A DNA stretch of 64,000 nt from Bacteroidota bacterium (GTDB lineage Bacteria; Bacteroidota; Bacteroidia; UKL13-3). The notes under the pieces are model-generated. The model was not told the DNA's origin, made no database searches, and saw only the letters and a list, made by a program, of their open reading frames with translations. Location of the stretch: contig JAIYAT010000010.1 in assembly GCA_027488905.1 (NCBI GenBank), positions 213,061-277,060 on the forward strand, written 5' to 3'. The first letter of the stretch is position 1, and each line of letters starts with the position of its first letter. The translations under genes were made by a program, and so were the position numbers. This document shows positions 49,669 through 59,753 of the stretch, one piece after another.

Positions 49669-50904
49669 ATGGCAAAGAAAAAGGAAGATCAATGCTCTTT
49701 CTGCGGGCGTAACCGCAGTGAAGTCAACTATTTAATTTCTGGTTTAGACGCATTAATTTGTGAGAATTGCATTGGTCAAGCCTTCAGAATTATCAATGAA
49801 GACAAAGAAGGTGGCCAAAAGGAACCTGTTGTTGCTGCTTTAAAAAACCTTAAACCGGCTGAAATTAAGGCGCATTTAGATGAATACGTGATTGGGCAAG
49901 AAGATGCAAAAAAAGTTTTAAGTGTGGCTGTTTACAACCATTTTAAGCGGATTTCGGCAGTTAAAACAAATACAGATATTGAGTTAGAGAAGTCTAATAT
50001 ATTGATGGTTGGAGAAACAGGAACAGGTAAAACCTTGCTTGCAAAAACGCTTGCAAAAATTTTACAAGTGCCTTTTTGCATTGCAGATGCTACAGTTCTT
50101 ACAGAGGCAGGTTATGTTGGAGAAGACGTAGAAAGTCTTCTCTCTAGATTGCTTCAAGCTGCAAATTATGATGTTGCCGCCGCAGAAAGAGGAATTGTAT
50201 ACATTGATGAAATTGATAAAATAAGTCGCAAAAGTGATAATCCTTCTATCACCAGAGATGTTAGTGGTGAAGGAGTTCAACAAGCTTTATTGAAAATTTT
50301 AGAAGGTACCATAGCTAACGTCCCACCCCAAGGTGGACGAAAGCACCCTGAACAAAAGATGATTCAAATAAATACCGAGAATATCTTATTTATTTGCGGT
50401 GGAGCTTTTGATGGCATTGATAAAATGATTGCTCGAAGATTGCAAACACAAGCGATTGGGTTCAAATCTTTAGACCCTTTAAAATCTCAAGATAAAGAAA
50501 ATTTCTTGCAATATATTTCGGCGGCAGATTTAAGAACCTTTGGCCTAATTCCTGAAATTATTGGAAGATTGCCTGTAATCTGTCATTTGGATCCTCTCAA
50601 TAAAGAAATACTAAAAAGGATTCTGGTTGAACCAAAGAACGCGCTCATCAAACAATATATTCATTTATTTAAAATTGAAGATATTCAATTGACTTTTGAA
50701 GATACAGTAATTGATTTAATTGTTGAAACAGCATTTGAGCTTAAATTAGGAGCAAGAGGCCTTCGTAGTATTTGTGAAGCCCTAATGATTGATTATATGT
50801 ATGATGCCCCTTCAAATATTGACCAAAAGGATATTGTAATTACACTAAAAGAGGCTCAGCAGAAAATGGAATTGGTTAAACTTAAGAATTTTCAGGCTGC
50901 TTAA
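49669..50904 (+). CDS. clpX: ATP-dependent Clp protease ATP-binding subunit ClpX
   Basis: N-terminal C4 zinc finger (CSFCG…CENC), Walker A GETGTGKT, Walker [10 protein letters not shown]. Confidence 0.95.
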   Translation: MAKKKEDQCSFCGRNRSEVNYLISGLDALICENCIGQAFRIINEDKEGGQKEPVVAALKNLKPAEIKAHLDEYVIGQEDAKKVLSVAVYNHFKRISAVKTNTDIELEKSNILMVGETGTGKTLLAKTLAKILQVPFCIADATVLTEAGYVGEDVESLLSRLLQAANYDVAAAERGIVYIDEIDKISRKSDNPSITRDVSGEGVQQALLKILEGTIANVPPQGGRKHPEQKMIQINTENILFICGGAFDGIDKMIARRLQTQAIGFKSLDPLKSQDKENFLQYISAADLRTFGLIPEIIGRLPVICHLDPLNKEILKRILVEPKNALIKQYIHLFKIEDIQLTFEDTVIDLIVETAFELKLGARGLRSICEALMIDYMYDAPSNIDQKDIVITLKEAQQKMELVKLKNFQAA

Positions 50905-50956
50905 AACTTATTCAACTTAGAAAATGTTTTACTGACAATTAATTAAATAAATTGTC

Positions 50957-51841
50957 ATGAAATCTATTTATCACTTTGCAGCACTTTTATTAGTTACTTT
51001 TTTATCTTCTTGCGCCACTATTCTTCAAGATGAAGTGGCTGTTAAACGTACTCTTGGAAAGCTAAATGATCATATTTATCCTTCAGGAGTTAGGTTTTTT
51101 AATCCCTTTTTATCTAAAATGATTAGGGTTCCAATTAATACTATCAACCTTGAAATCAATGTTGGACTTCCTTCAAAAGAGGGATTGACAGTTCAGTCTG
51201 AAATATCAATTTTGTATAAAGTTAAAACCAGTGAGGTTCATAATATTTTAAAGTATACTGGACTAAATTATCAAGGGGTTTTAATTCTGCCTGTATTTAG
51301 GTCTGCATCTGCAGATGTTTGTTCTATGTTTGATGCAAAAGACATGCATAGTTCAAAACGTGCGCAAATCGAAACCAAAATCAAAGAAAGAATGATGGAG
51401 GTTTTGGAAGCCAAAGGATTTATCATAGAGGCCGTCCTCTTAAAATCTATTGTTTTACCTCAAGGTTTGTCTAAGGCTATAGAAGAAAAACTACAAGCTG
51501 AGCAAGATGCTCAACGCATGGAGTTTTTGAAAGACAGAGAAAAAAGAGAGGCAGAACGTAAGGTTTTACAAGCCGAAGGGGATAAAAACTCCAAAATTAT
51601 TGCTGCAGAAGGACAGAAACGAATTTTAGAATTGGAGGCTGAAGGAAGAGCAAATGCTACCAAAATAGAGGCAGATGCAAATGCTAAAGCAAATGACATG
51701 TTAGAAAAAAGCCTTACACCACAAATTTTAAAGTTTAAGCAAATAGATGCCTTTAGGAGTTTGTCTACTTCTCCAAATACTAAAACTATTATCACTGATG
51801 GAAAAACTCCCTTGATTGGGTTGCCTGCAGATGGCAAATAA
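50957..51841 (+). CDS. SPFH/band-7 (prohibitin-like) lipoprotein
   Basis: Lipobox LSSCAT. SPFH domain then a coiled-coil EAEG/Ala-rich tail. Confidence 0.75.
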   Translation: MKSIYHFAALLLVTFLSSCATILQDEVAVKRTLGKLNDHIYPSGVRFFNPFLSKMIRVPINTINLEINVGLPSKEGLTVQSEISILYKVKTSEVHNILKYTGLNYQGVLILPVFRSASADVCSMFDAKDMHSSKRAQIETKIKERMMEVLEAKGFIIEAVLLKSIVLPQGLSKAIEEKLQAEQDAQRMEFLKDREKREAERKVLQAEGDKNSKIIAAEGQKRILELEAEGRANATKIEADANAKANDMLEKSLTPQILKFKQIDAFRSLSTSPNTKTIITDGKTPLIGLPADGK

Positions 51842-51845
51842 ATAA

Positions 51846-52868
51846 TTACTTAACAAATAATTGCATAAGGGAGGCCCTTAAAAGGTCTCCCATATTTTTT
51901 GCTTTCAAAAATCGGGGCGATTTATAATAATTGGCAAGCTCTGTTTTTAACTGGATAACATTACTCTCTGGTGCAATTTCATCTTTTTGCATCGCAGCTA
52001 ATAGGTTATGAATTGGCCAACGAGCCGCGCGCATTCTGCTTAACATCATGGCTCTTTCTTCACTTTGATATTGTTCTATACTTTCTTTGCTTAAGTACTT
52101 TTTTACAAGGTCTACAAAACTTTGATTCTGTTTGTAAAACTGCGGCAGATAGATGTTTTTTCGGCCTTCAAAGCATTGTTGGTCGAAATCAATAGGTCTT
52201 ATTCTGTAATTTGTTTCATCAAAATCCGGTGTTATTTGTACCACAAAGTTTGATGAATGCATATCTCCCAAAAGTCTAATTAGACATCTTTCATTAAATT
52301 TTACAAATTCTTTGGCAACACGAGTAGCATTAAAATTATCTATATTTAGGTAGTTTTTAATGAACTCATCACCAGGAATGCCCGCAATATGCTCTTCAAT
52401 TAAGGTATCTCCACTCACCAAATAGCTTATTCGATTTGGAGAGAGTAAATGTTCTAATTCAAGCCCGTAAATTCTGGATGCATCAGCATTTTTAACATAA
52501 AAGTAATCAAAATTATCATTCATTTTATTGATTACTCGAATTCTAAAAGGCATTGTGTTTCCATACAAACAACTGTCAATTCTATCTACACGCAGGTGAT
52601 CAACAACACGTAAGTCACCGCCAACTTTTAACAAAGCATAAATTTGAAGTAACTGTAAATGAATTTGTTGTTGCTCTTCTGGTCCAAATATGCAGGTTTC
52701 CCAAAGGGTGTCCTTTCCTTTCTTATCATATAATGCTACACTGTCTCTATAGTTTTTTAAATCTGGATAATGAATAGGAATATCCGTGCTTCTGCCATGT
52801 CCTTTAAGATAAATTCGAAGGTGATTTCCTATTTTGTAGGTTAGTTTTTTTTTGCTGATATGTGGCAT
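51846..52868 (-). CDS. Hypothetical protein with protein-kinase-like fold signatures
   Basis: LLGDMHSSNFVV resembles the HxDxxxxN catalytic loop, and IDFD resembles a DFG/metal-binding motif. No other homology recognised. Confidence 0.4.
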   Translation of the reverse strand: MPHISKKKLTYKIGNHLRIYLKGHGRSTDIPIHYPDLKNYRDSVALYDKKGKDTLWETCIFGPEEQQQIHLQLLQIYALLKVGGDLRVVDHLRVDRIDSCLYGNTMPFRIRVINKMNDNFDYFYVKNADASRIYGLELEHLLSPNRISYLVSGDTLIEEHIAGIPGDEFIKNYLNIDNFNATRVAKEFVKFNERCLIRLLGDMHSSNFVVQITPDFDETNYRIRPIDFDQQCFEGRKNIYLPQFYKQNQSFVDLVKKYLSKESIEQYQSEERAMMLSRMRAARWPIHNLLAAMQKDEIAPESNVIQLKTELANYYKSPRFLKAKNMGDLLRASLMQLFVK

Positions 52869-52929
52869 GTTCGGACGAATATAAAATAGGTTGTTTGAAA
52901 TTTACACTTAAATACTATTTTGCGTTTTA

Positions 52930-54336
52930 ATGGAGCACAAATTAAACGATCCAAAAATAACACGAGCTTGGTCTATGTACGACTGGGCCAATTCGGTATT
53001 TTCTTTAACCATTACCACTGCAATCTTTCCTCCATTTTTTGAAAGTGTGAGTAAATCGGCATCAATTGCTTCTGGAAATGCACTCAATGGCATTTACTAT
53101 ATTGACGTATTAGGATTTAAAGTGGTTAATTCTGCTTTGTATTCCTATGCAATTTCTTTTGGATTTTTATTGATTGCGCTAATTAATCCTTTTCTTTCTG
53201 GCATTGCAGATGCGCAACAATCCAAAAAGAAATTTATGAAATTCTTTTGCTATTTAGGTTCATTTAGCTGCATGTTATTGTATTTTTTTACACCAGACAA
53301 TCTTTGGTTTGGCCTCCTTTGTTTTATTTTGGGATTGTTTGGTTTTGGTGGAAGTATTGTGTTTTACAATGCTTTCCTCCCAGAAATTGCTACCGAAGAC
53401 CAATATGATTCTTTGAGTGCCAAGGGTTTTTCTTATGGGTACATTGGCAGTGTGCTATTGTTGTTAATAGATTTAGGTGTTATCTTAAATGCTGACAAGA
53501 TTTTTCCTGTGGCAGAGAAGGCCTCTGAATTAATGCAATCAAACCCATTACTTAATTTAGATGCTGCCTTAATTGAAGCAAAATCGTATTACAGCGGTGT
53601 TGCAAGCAAACTAGCTTTCGTAAGTGTTGGCGTTTGGTGGGCTGGGTTTGCCCAAATAACATTTAAAAGATTACCAGAAACCACTTTAAAACATGTGGGA
53701 GGGAAAGGAGCTTTAACCAAAGGAATCGAAGAGCTAAAGAAAGTTTTCCGCGAGATTCAGCTCCCCCAAAACAAAACAATTAAAATGTACTTGTTAGGTT
53801 TCTTTTTTAGCGCAATGGGTGTACAAACTGTTATGTATGTTGCTTCACTTTTTGGCAAACAAGAACTAAACATGGAATTAGGGAAGCTTATTGCAACTGT
53901 TTTGATTATTCAGATTATTGCTGTTCTCGGAGCGTGGAGTTTTTCTAAATTGTCTGCTAAAATTGGTAATATTTACACCTTGTTAATTATGATTGTGGTT
54001 TGGATTGGTATTACTCTTTCTGCCTATTTTGTTAATACGGATAATCAATTTTATGCACTAGCTGCAGCTGTTGGTATTGTAATGGGTGGCATACAAAGTA
54101 TGTCTAGAAGTACCTTTGCAAAACTAATTCCAGATGGCACCAAAGAAACAGCGTCCTATTTTAGCTTTTATGATGTCTGTGAAAAAATGGCTACTGTTTT
54201 AGGAACCTTTGCTTTTGGGTTAATTAATAACTTTACCGGGAATATGCGGTCTTCTGTTTTGGCTTTGTTGGTGTTCTTTATTATCGCTGGAATAATTTTG
54301 ATCCAAATCCCTAACTTTAAAGAAAAGCACCCTTAA
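52930..54336 (+). CDS. MFS transporter (UMF1/Atg22-like)
   Basis: 12-TM MFS topology over 468 aa. Confidence 0.7.
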   Translation: MEHKLNDPKITRAWSMYDWANSVFSLTITTAIFPPFFESVSKSASIASGNALNGIYYIDVLGFKVVNSALYSYAISFGFLLIALINPFLSGIADAQQSKKKFMKFFCYLGSFSCMLLYFFTPDNLWFGLLCFILGLFGFGGSIVFYNAFLPEIATEDQYDSLSAKGFSYGYIGSVLLLLIDLGVILNADKIFPVAEKASELMQSNPLLNLDAALIEAKSYYSGVASKLAFVSVGVWWAGFAQITFKRLPETTLKHVGGKGALTKGIEELKKVFREIQLPQNKTIKMYLLGFFFSAMGVQTVMYVASLFGKQELNMELGKLIATVLIIQIIAVLGAWSFSKLSAKIGNIYTLLIMIVVWIGITLSAYFVNTDNQFYALAAAVGIVMGGIQSMSRSTFAKLIPDGTKETASYFSFYDVCEKMATVLGTFAFGLINNFTGNMRSSVLALLVFFIIAGIILIQIPNFKEKHP

Positions 54337-55055
54337 TGAAAATAGAACTTTTCATACCATGCTTTGTAGACCAAATTTCACCTGAAACTGGCTTTAACAT
54401 TGTTAAGGTTTTAGAAAAAGCTGGTTGCAAAGTTCATTACAATGTTGAACAAACGTGTTGCGGACAGCCTGCTTTTCATGCAGGTAGGTGGGAAGATGCA
54501 AGAGAAGTTGCAGAAAAATTACTCAACGAAGTTTCTCCAAATAATACATTGGTTTGTGGGGCAGCTTCCTGCACAGCTATGATTAGAAATTCTTATGACC
54601 TTCTGTTTCAGAATTCATCCTTTCATAATAAATATAGGCAACTCCAAAAGAAAAGCTTCGAATTAAGTGAATTTCTTATTGATGTTTTAAAGGTTGAATC
54701 TTTTGGGGCTTCCTTGCCTATTAAAGCTGTTTATATGGATTCTTGTCAGGCTTTAACACATTGCAATATCTCGGTTCAACCCAGAACACTGCTTAAAAAT
54801 GTGGAAGGATTAACTCTGCTAGAATTAAATGATAATGGCCAATGCTGCGGTTTTGGTGGAATTTTTTCGGTTAACTTTACCCATTTGAGCATCAATATGG
54901 GGGAACAAAAATTAAATAATATAATTGAACTTGGTGCAGAGGTTATAATTAGCAATGATTATGCTTGTTTGATGCATTTAGATGGTATAATTAAAAAGAA
55001 AGAATTGCCTATCAGGATTATGCATTTAGCTGATGTTTTGGCAAGTGGATGGTAA
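54336..55055 (+). CDS. CCG-domain (Fe-S)-binding protein, LutA/GlcF-like
   Basis: Two Cys-rich CCG motifs (CCGQPAFHAG…, CCGFGG). Confidence 0.75.
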   Translation: MKIELFIPCFVDQISPETGFNIVKVLEKAGCKVHYNVEQTCCGQPAFHAGRWEDAREVAEKLLNEVSPNNTLVCGAASCTAMIRNSYDLLFQNSSFHNKYRQLQKKSFELSEFLIDVLKVESFGASLPIKAVYMDSCQALTHCNISVQPRTLLKNVEGLTLLELNDNGQCCGFGGIFSVNFTHLSINMGEQKLNNIIELGAEVIISNDYACLMHLDGIIKKKELPIRIMHLADVLASGW

Positions 55056-55058
55056 AAT

Positions 55059-56111
55059 ATGATTGTAACAAAAGAACAACTTCTCAAATTTTGTTTTGAA
55101 GTTTTTACGGCATGTGGTATGCCAAATGATGATGCAAACTTAGCCTCTGAGGTATTGGTGAGTGCTGATTTGCGAGGAATAGATTCGCATGGAGTTGCTC
55201 GATTGAGCGGCTACATTAGGTTGTGGGAGGCAAAACGTGCAAACCTTCAAGCAAACCCTAAAATAATTTATGAAACGCCTTCCACAGCAACCATAGATGC
55301 AGATGCCGGACTAGGTTTGGTTGTTGCCCCTTATGCCATGAAAGTGGCCATTGAGAAGGCAAAGCAAGTTGGAACAGGTTGGGTTGCTATAAAGAATTCT
55401 AATCATTTTGGCATAGCGGCTTACCATGCCATGATGGCTTTGGAAGAGGATATGATAGGGTTTAGTATGACAAATGCAAGCCCTTTGGTTGCGCCAACAA
55501 ATGCGATGGAACGCATGTTAGGAACCAACCCAATTTGTATTGCAGTTCCTGCCGGAAAAGAGCAACCCTTTGTGATTGATATGGCTACTTCTAATGCTGC
55601 AAATGGTAAGCTTGAAATTGCTCAAAGGGAAAATAAATCTATTCCATTGGGTTGGGTTCAAACCGAAACCGGTAAAGAAAGTACTGATGCAAATGAACTT
55701 AAAAAGGGAGGGGCTTTAATGCCTTTAGGAGGTCATAAGGGATATGGTTTGGGCGCTGCTGTTGATATTTTAAGTGCTGTTTTATCTGGTGCAAATTATG
55801 GTCCTTGGGTTCCTCCATTTGTTTCGTTTTTAAACCCATTGCCTAATTTACCAGGCCAAGGAATTGGGCACTTTGTGGGTGCCATGAGGGTAGATGCCTT
55901 TAGGCCAAAAGAAGATTTTAAAATGCATATGGACAATTGGATTCAAAGGTTCAAAGAAGCACAAAGAATAGACCCGGAAATTGAAGTATTAATCCCTGGT
56001 GAACCAGAATTTCGCATGCATCAAGAACGCTCAATCAATGGTTTCGGTTTGAACCAAAATGTTGCAAATGATTTAATGGATTTGGCGAAAAAGTTTAACT
56101 TAACCCTATAG
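55059..56111 (+). CDS. Ldh_2-family (malate/L-lactate/sulfolactate dehydrogenase family 2) oxidoreductase
   Basis: GGHKGYGLG motif and 350-aa length. Confidence 0.75.
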   Translation: MIVTKEQLLKFCFEVFTACGMPNDDANLASEVLVSADLRGIDSHGVARLSGYIRLWEAKRANLQANPKIIYETPSTATIDADAGLGLVVAPYAMKVAIEKAKQVGTGWVAIKNSNHFGIAAYHAMMALEEDMIGFSMTNASPLVAPTNAMERMLGTNPICIAVPAGKEQPFVIDMATSNAANGKLEIAQRENKSIPLGWVQTETGKESTDANELKKGGALMPLGGHKGYGLGAAVDILSAVLSGANYGPWVPPFVSFLNPLPNLPGQGIGHFVGAMRVDAFRPKEDFKMHMDNWIQRFKEAQRIDPEIEVLIPGEPEFRMHQERSINGFGLNQNVANDLMDLAKKFNLTL

Positions 56112-57005
56112 CCATTGTTTGCGTTTGAACCATTGAAAAATAAGAATGGTTACAAGAAGCATAAATATTAATATGGCTGGGTAACCATATTGGTAATGGA
56201 GTTCTGGCATAAATTCAAAGTTCATTCCATATACGCCAACAATAAACGTTAATGGTAAAAAGAAAGCCGAAAATACTGTAAGTATTCGCATCACTTCATT
56301 TGTTTTTTGAGAAGAAATGCTCAAATAAAGATGCAACAAAGATTGAACATCCTCATGCAGCTGTTCGGTAAAAACTTCCATGCGCAGATAATAATCTCGC
56401 ATGTCTTCAAAGTATGAATTCCTTTTGTAAGACAAATGCATATTGTCTACTACCATTTTAGAAACATAGTTAAGTCGCTTAAAAACATGAATTTGACGTT
56501 TAAGCAAATACAAGTTTTTAAGTAAGTCTGGCGTTCGCTTTTTCAAAAATATCTTACTCTCAAAATTGCTTATGGTTTCATCAATGCTATTTAAAGGTTC
56601 TTCAAAAGTTTCAAAAGCATTTTTTACAATTTTACAGGATAAGTCAAATGGGTGTTTCATTTTAGCGGTATTGCAATACTTTTGAGCTACCTTATCTAGT
56701 AGTTCAAATTTGCTTCTATGAATGGTTAAGATAAATTCTGAATTGAAAAAGATTGCAACTTTTCTGGTCAATTTTTGAATGCTATCACTGTCTTGCTTGC
56801 AGTTTTGGTCATAAAAGCGTACAATTATGAAAAAATATTTTTCAAAAGATTCAAATTTTGGTAAATGTTCTGATTCTAAACAATCAATAACAGCTGCTTC
56901 TGGCAATTGGTATGTTTCGGCAAGTGCTCGCAATTCTTCTTCGGTAGGGTCATAAACATCAATCCAGTCAAATATATACCCAAGCGGTTTTAAATTGGTT
57001 TGCAT
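56106..57005 (-). CDS. corA: CorA-family magnesium/cobalt transporter
   Basis: GMN motif (YGMNFEFMPEL) before two C-terminal TM helices. Confidence 0.85.
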   Translation of the reverse strand: MQTNLKPLGYIFDWIDVYDPTEEELRALAETYQLPEAAVIDCLESEHLPKFESFEKYFFIIVRFYDQNCKQDSDSIQKLTRKVAIFFNSEFILTIHRSKFELLDKVAQKYCNTAKMKHPFDLSCKIVKNAFETFEEPLNSIDETISNFESKIFLKKRTPDLLKNLYLLKRQIHVFKRLNYVSKMVVDNMHLSYKRNSYFEDMRDYYLRMEVFTEQLHEDVQSLLHLYLSISSQKTNEVMRILTVFSAFFLPLTFIVGVYGMNFEFMPELHYQYGYPAILIFMLLVTILIFQWFKRKQWL

Positions 57006-57051
57006 AGCTAAAAATGGTACTTTTGTTTAATTAGAATTCAAAGAAAGTAAA

Positions 57052-59685
57052 ATGACTGATATGTTTGTCTTTAAAATAAAAAGTCTTTTCATCTGTTTAT
57101 TTATAGTAGGTTTATTTCAGCCAATTGCAAAAGGTCAAGCGATAATACCCAAAAAAGCGGGAATATGTTTTAGATTCGACGATTATCAAGACTCTAGCAA
57201 GATAGCCTCTGTTCTTCAATTATTTGATAAATACAATGGAAAGTTTACTTATGCAGCAAATGCTGGAATTGCAGAAATAGTAAGTAACCAGCAATTTTGG
57301 TCATTTCTCAGGACAATGCAAACCAACGGACATGAGGTTGCAGACCAAACCCCGTCGGATGTTTCACACTTTTTTGATGCAATAAATGCTACAGAAGCGA
57401 AGAAATACTTAGGCTTGCCAGGTGTGGATCATATCCGTGACGGTTCTAGACGTATTTGTTTAAAGTATACTGTCCTTGACAATTCCGGGACTGGGGATGA
57501 AGGTTTAGTAGATATTAAAGGTGACCTTATGATTAGTAAACAGCCAGGTGAATTTTCTAACCTTCGATTGTTTAATAATAAATTTGTAGTTGCTTTCTAT
57601 TTACCTGGTAGCGGGGAGCTAATTGGTTTTAGTGGATTCTCTAACCTAAATTCAAACGATCCTGATACTGCATTTTTAAGAGATTTTTGGTTTGAACCTA
57701 TCAATTTAGGAAACAGAAGTAATATCAATTACAATAAACTGTCACCTTATCAGCTTACAGTTGATAAGCAAGGACTTCAATTGATGTTAGAGTATTCCTC
57801 AAAATTGTTTGCCAAACATGGCGTTCAAATCCCAACTACCTTAGTGCATCCAGGCGGTTACCATCCATATGTAAGTTCATCAATAATAAAAGAAGTTTCA
57901 CAATCTATGGGTTTTACTGGCGCAGCCTCTTACCCAGCCAAAAGAAATTTTCTTACGTATTACAATCCTGCAGGCTTAAGACAATTTAACTTTCAAGGAG
58001 TTGATTTTACACCAGAAACGCAAACTGCAACTGAAATCAAAAAGATAATTGCCAATTTTTATGCCTTGAACCAAGTTGGCGTTTGCATTAACCATATGTC
58101 TTTTGGTGGCCCAATTAATTCTTTTAGCCAAATGCTTGCAAATATGGAAGAAGTATTGGTTTGGGCAAAAAGCAAACAAATTCCTGTTTTAACTTATAAA
58201 GATTGGACCAATCAGCTTGCTAATGGACATTATAACCCAGCCGAAGATATTTTTCCAGCTTTACAAAATGACTTAGACGGCAATGAAGAAATAGATGGTA
58301 TCGATTTAACCAATCCTAATTTTTTAGATAAAAATGCTGGCCTAGCCTATAATGCCAATTATGCCTTAACTACAAATAGTGTTTCAACTTTATTTTATAT
58401 CCAAAATCTTGGTGGCATCACAAAAGGCTTAAATACTTTCACCGTTTCTACCAGAGGTGGTAAAGATGCCTATGATTATTTTAGATTGCTTGTTTATTAT
58501 CCAGAATTAGGTACCACTCAGTTTTTCGATATACCAACCAATTCGATTGGTTTTTTAGAAAGAAAAGTAAGTTTCTATGTTCCAGAAGGTGTTACCTATT
58601 TAAACCTAACACTAAACTATAATACTGATAAAGCTACCCGAGCCTATGCAAGTGGTTTCAAACTCAATGCAGAACTTAAGCCTGTCATTAAACCAAGTAC
58701 CTTAGAGATAAACACCAATGAAATTGCTAAGCCAATTTCCTTAGATTCTTTTGCTTCTTGCGTAGGCTATACTTTTAATCAATTAAAATGGAGCGTACTT
58801 AAAAGTCCATTTTTATTTGATGCGAGCTTTGAAAATGGGAATAACCTAAAATTAGTTCCTAAATTCCAGAAATTCCCAATAACATTTGATTCAATCCAGT
58901 TGAGGGTAACTGCCCCAAATTCAAAAACTGATACTGCTTGGTTTTATATTAGAACAAAGCATGCTCAAATCTGTAATGGGCAAGTTACAACCATTAACTT
59001 TTCTCGGATTCCAAGTATAGAAAAGTCTTATAGTTGGTCGGCTCAAAACCAAGATCCCTTGTTTAGCAATACACAAGACTCGTTTATTTGGGTCAGACCA
59101 AGTAATAATAATTTATATACATTACAAGTTCAACCAATTAGCGGTAACCAAGTTAGCCATAGCATTCCAGTAAGTGTTATTCCAACTAGAATTGCTGGAT
59201 ACCCAAATGAAACCAAGCAGTTTTTAGGAGCTCAAACTGTAGCATTCAATTTAAACTATAACCCAGAATACCGAGTTTATTTTTATGAATTGCCACAAGC
59301 TGAGGCAAAAGTTACAATACAAGGGAAAAAGGTAATAGTTGGCAGAGATGTTAATTTTAGTGGAAATTTAGAAGTGAAGTTATTGGTGGTTAGTCCAACT
59401 TGTGAGGCCTATTTGCATAGTTTGAATGTAAATACATGGGCATTGGGGAATAATAAATTATTGCAACAAGAAGTTAAGGTTTACCCAAATCCAGCCCAAG
59501 CAATTATTTCAGTAAATGGGCTTTCAAATTTTGAAGCGGCCATTTATGATTTGCAAGGCAAGTGCATAAAAAGTTTCGGGTTGAACCAAACACTAGATAT
59601 TTCGGCTGTTGAAAATGGCATTTATGTGCTTAAATTGTCAAATGAAATAAGCGAATATGTGCAAAAAATAATCATTGCTCATTAA
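57052..59685 (+). CDS. Large secreted T9SS CTD protein (877 aa), function unknown
   Basis: Signal peptide and a C-terminal Por_Secre_tail (…VYPNPAQAIISVNGL…GIYVLKL…). Confidence 0.6.
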   Translation: MTDMFVFKIKSLFICLFIVGLFQPIAKGQAIIPKKAGICFRFDDYQDSSKIASVLQLFDKYNGKFTYAANAGIAEIVSNQQFWSFLRTMQTNGHEVADQTPSDVSHFFDAINATEAKKYLGLPGVDHIRDGSRRICLKYTVLDNSGTGDEGLVDIKGDLMISKQPGEFSNLRLFNNKFVVAFYLPGSGELIGFSGFSNLNSNDPDTAFLRDFWFEPINLGNRSNINYNKLSPYQLTVDKQGLQLMLEYSSKLFAKHGVQIPTTLVHPGGYHPYVSSSIIKEVSQSMGFTGAASYPAKRNFLTYYNPAGLRQFNFQGVDFTPETQTATEIKKIIANFYALNQVGVCINHMSFGGPINSFSQMLANMEEVLVWAKSKQIPVLTYKDWTNQLANGHYNPAEDIFPALQNDLDGNEEIDGIDLTNPNFLDKNAGLAYNANYALTTNSVSTLFYIQNLGGITKGLNTFTVSTRGGKDAYDYFRLLVYYPELGTTQFFDIPTNSIGFLERKVSFYVPEGVTYLNLTLNYNTDKATRAYASGFKLNAELKPVIKPSTLEINTNEIAKPISLDSFASCVGYTFNQLKWSVLKSPFLFDASFENGNNLKLVPKFQKFPITFDSIQLRVTAPNSKTDTAWFYIRTKHAQICNGQVTTINFSRIPSIEKSYSWSAQNQDPLFSNTQDSFIWVRPSNNNLYTLQVQPISGNQVSHSIPVSVIPTRIAGYPNETKQFLGAQTVAFNLNYNPEYRVYFYELPQAEAKVTIQGKKVIVGRDVNFSGNLEVKLLVVSPTCEAYLHSLNVNTWALGNNKLLQQEVKVYPNPAQAIISVNGLSNFEAAIYDLQGKCIKSFGLNQTLDISAVENGIYVLKLSNEISEYVQKIIIAH

Positions 59686-59753
59686 TTGGCAAGGTCTTGA
59701 TATTTTTCTTAATGGAGACTCCTCTAGAGTTTCAATAAATGCACGATAACTAT

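Noticed and set aside
50920-50960. AT-rich inverted repeat TGACAATT…AATTGTCA spanning the SPFH gene start as a terminator for clpX
   Set aside because: No U-tract and a very weak A/T stem. More likely incidental or a minor translational element.
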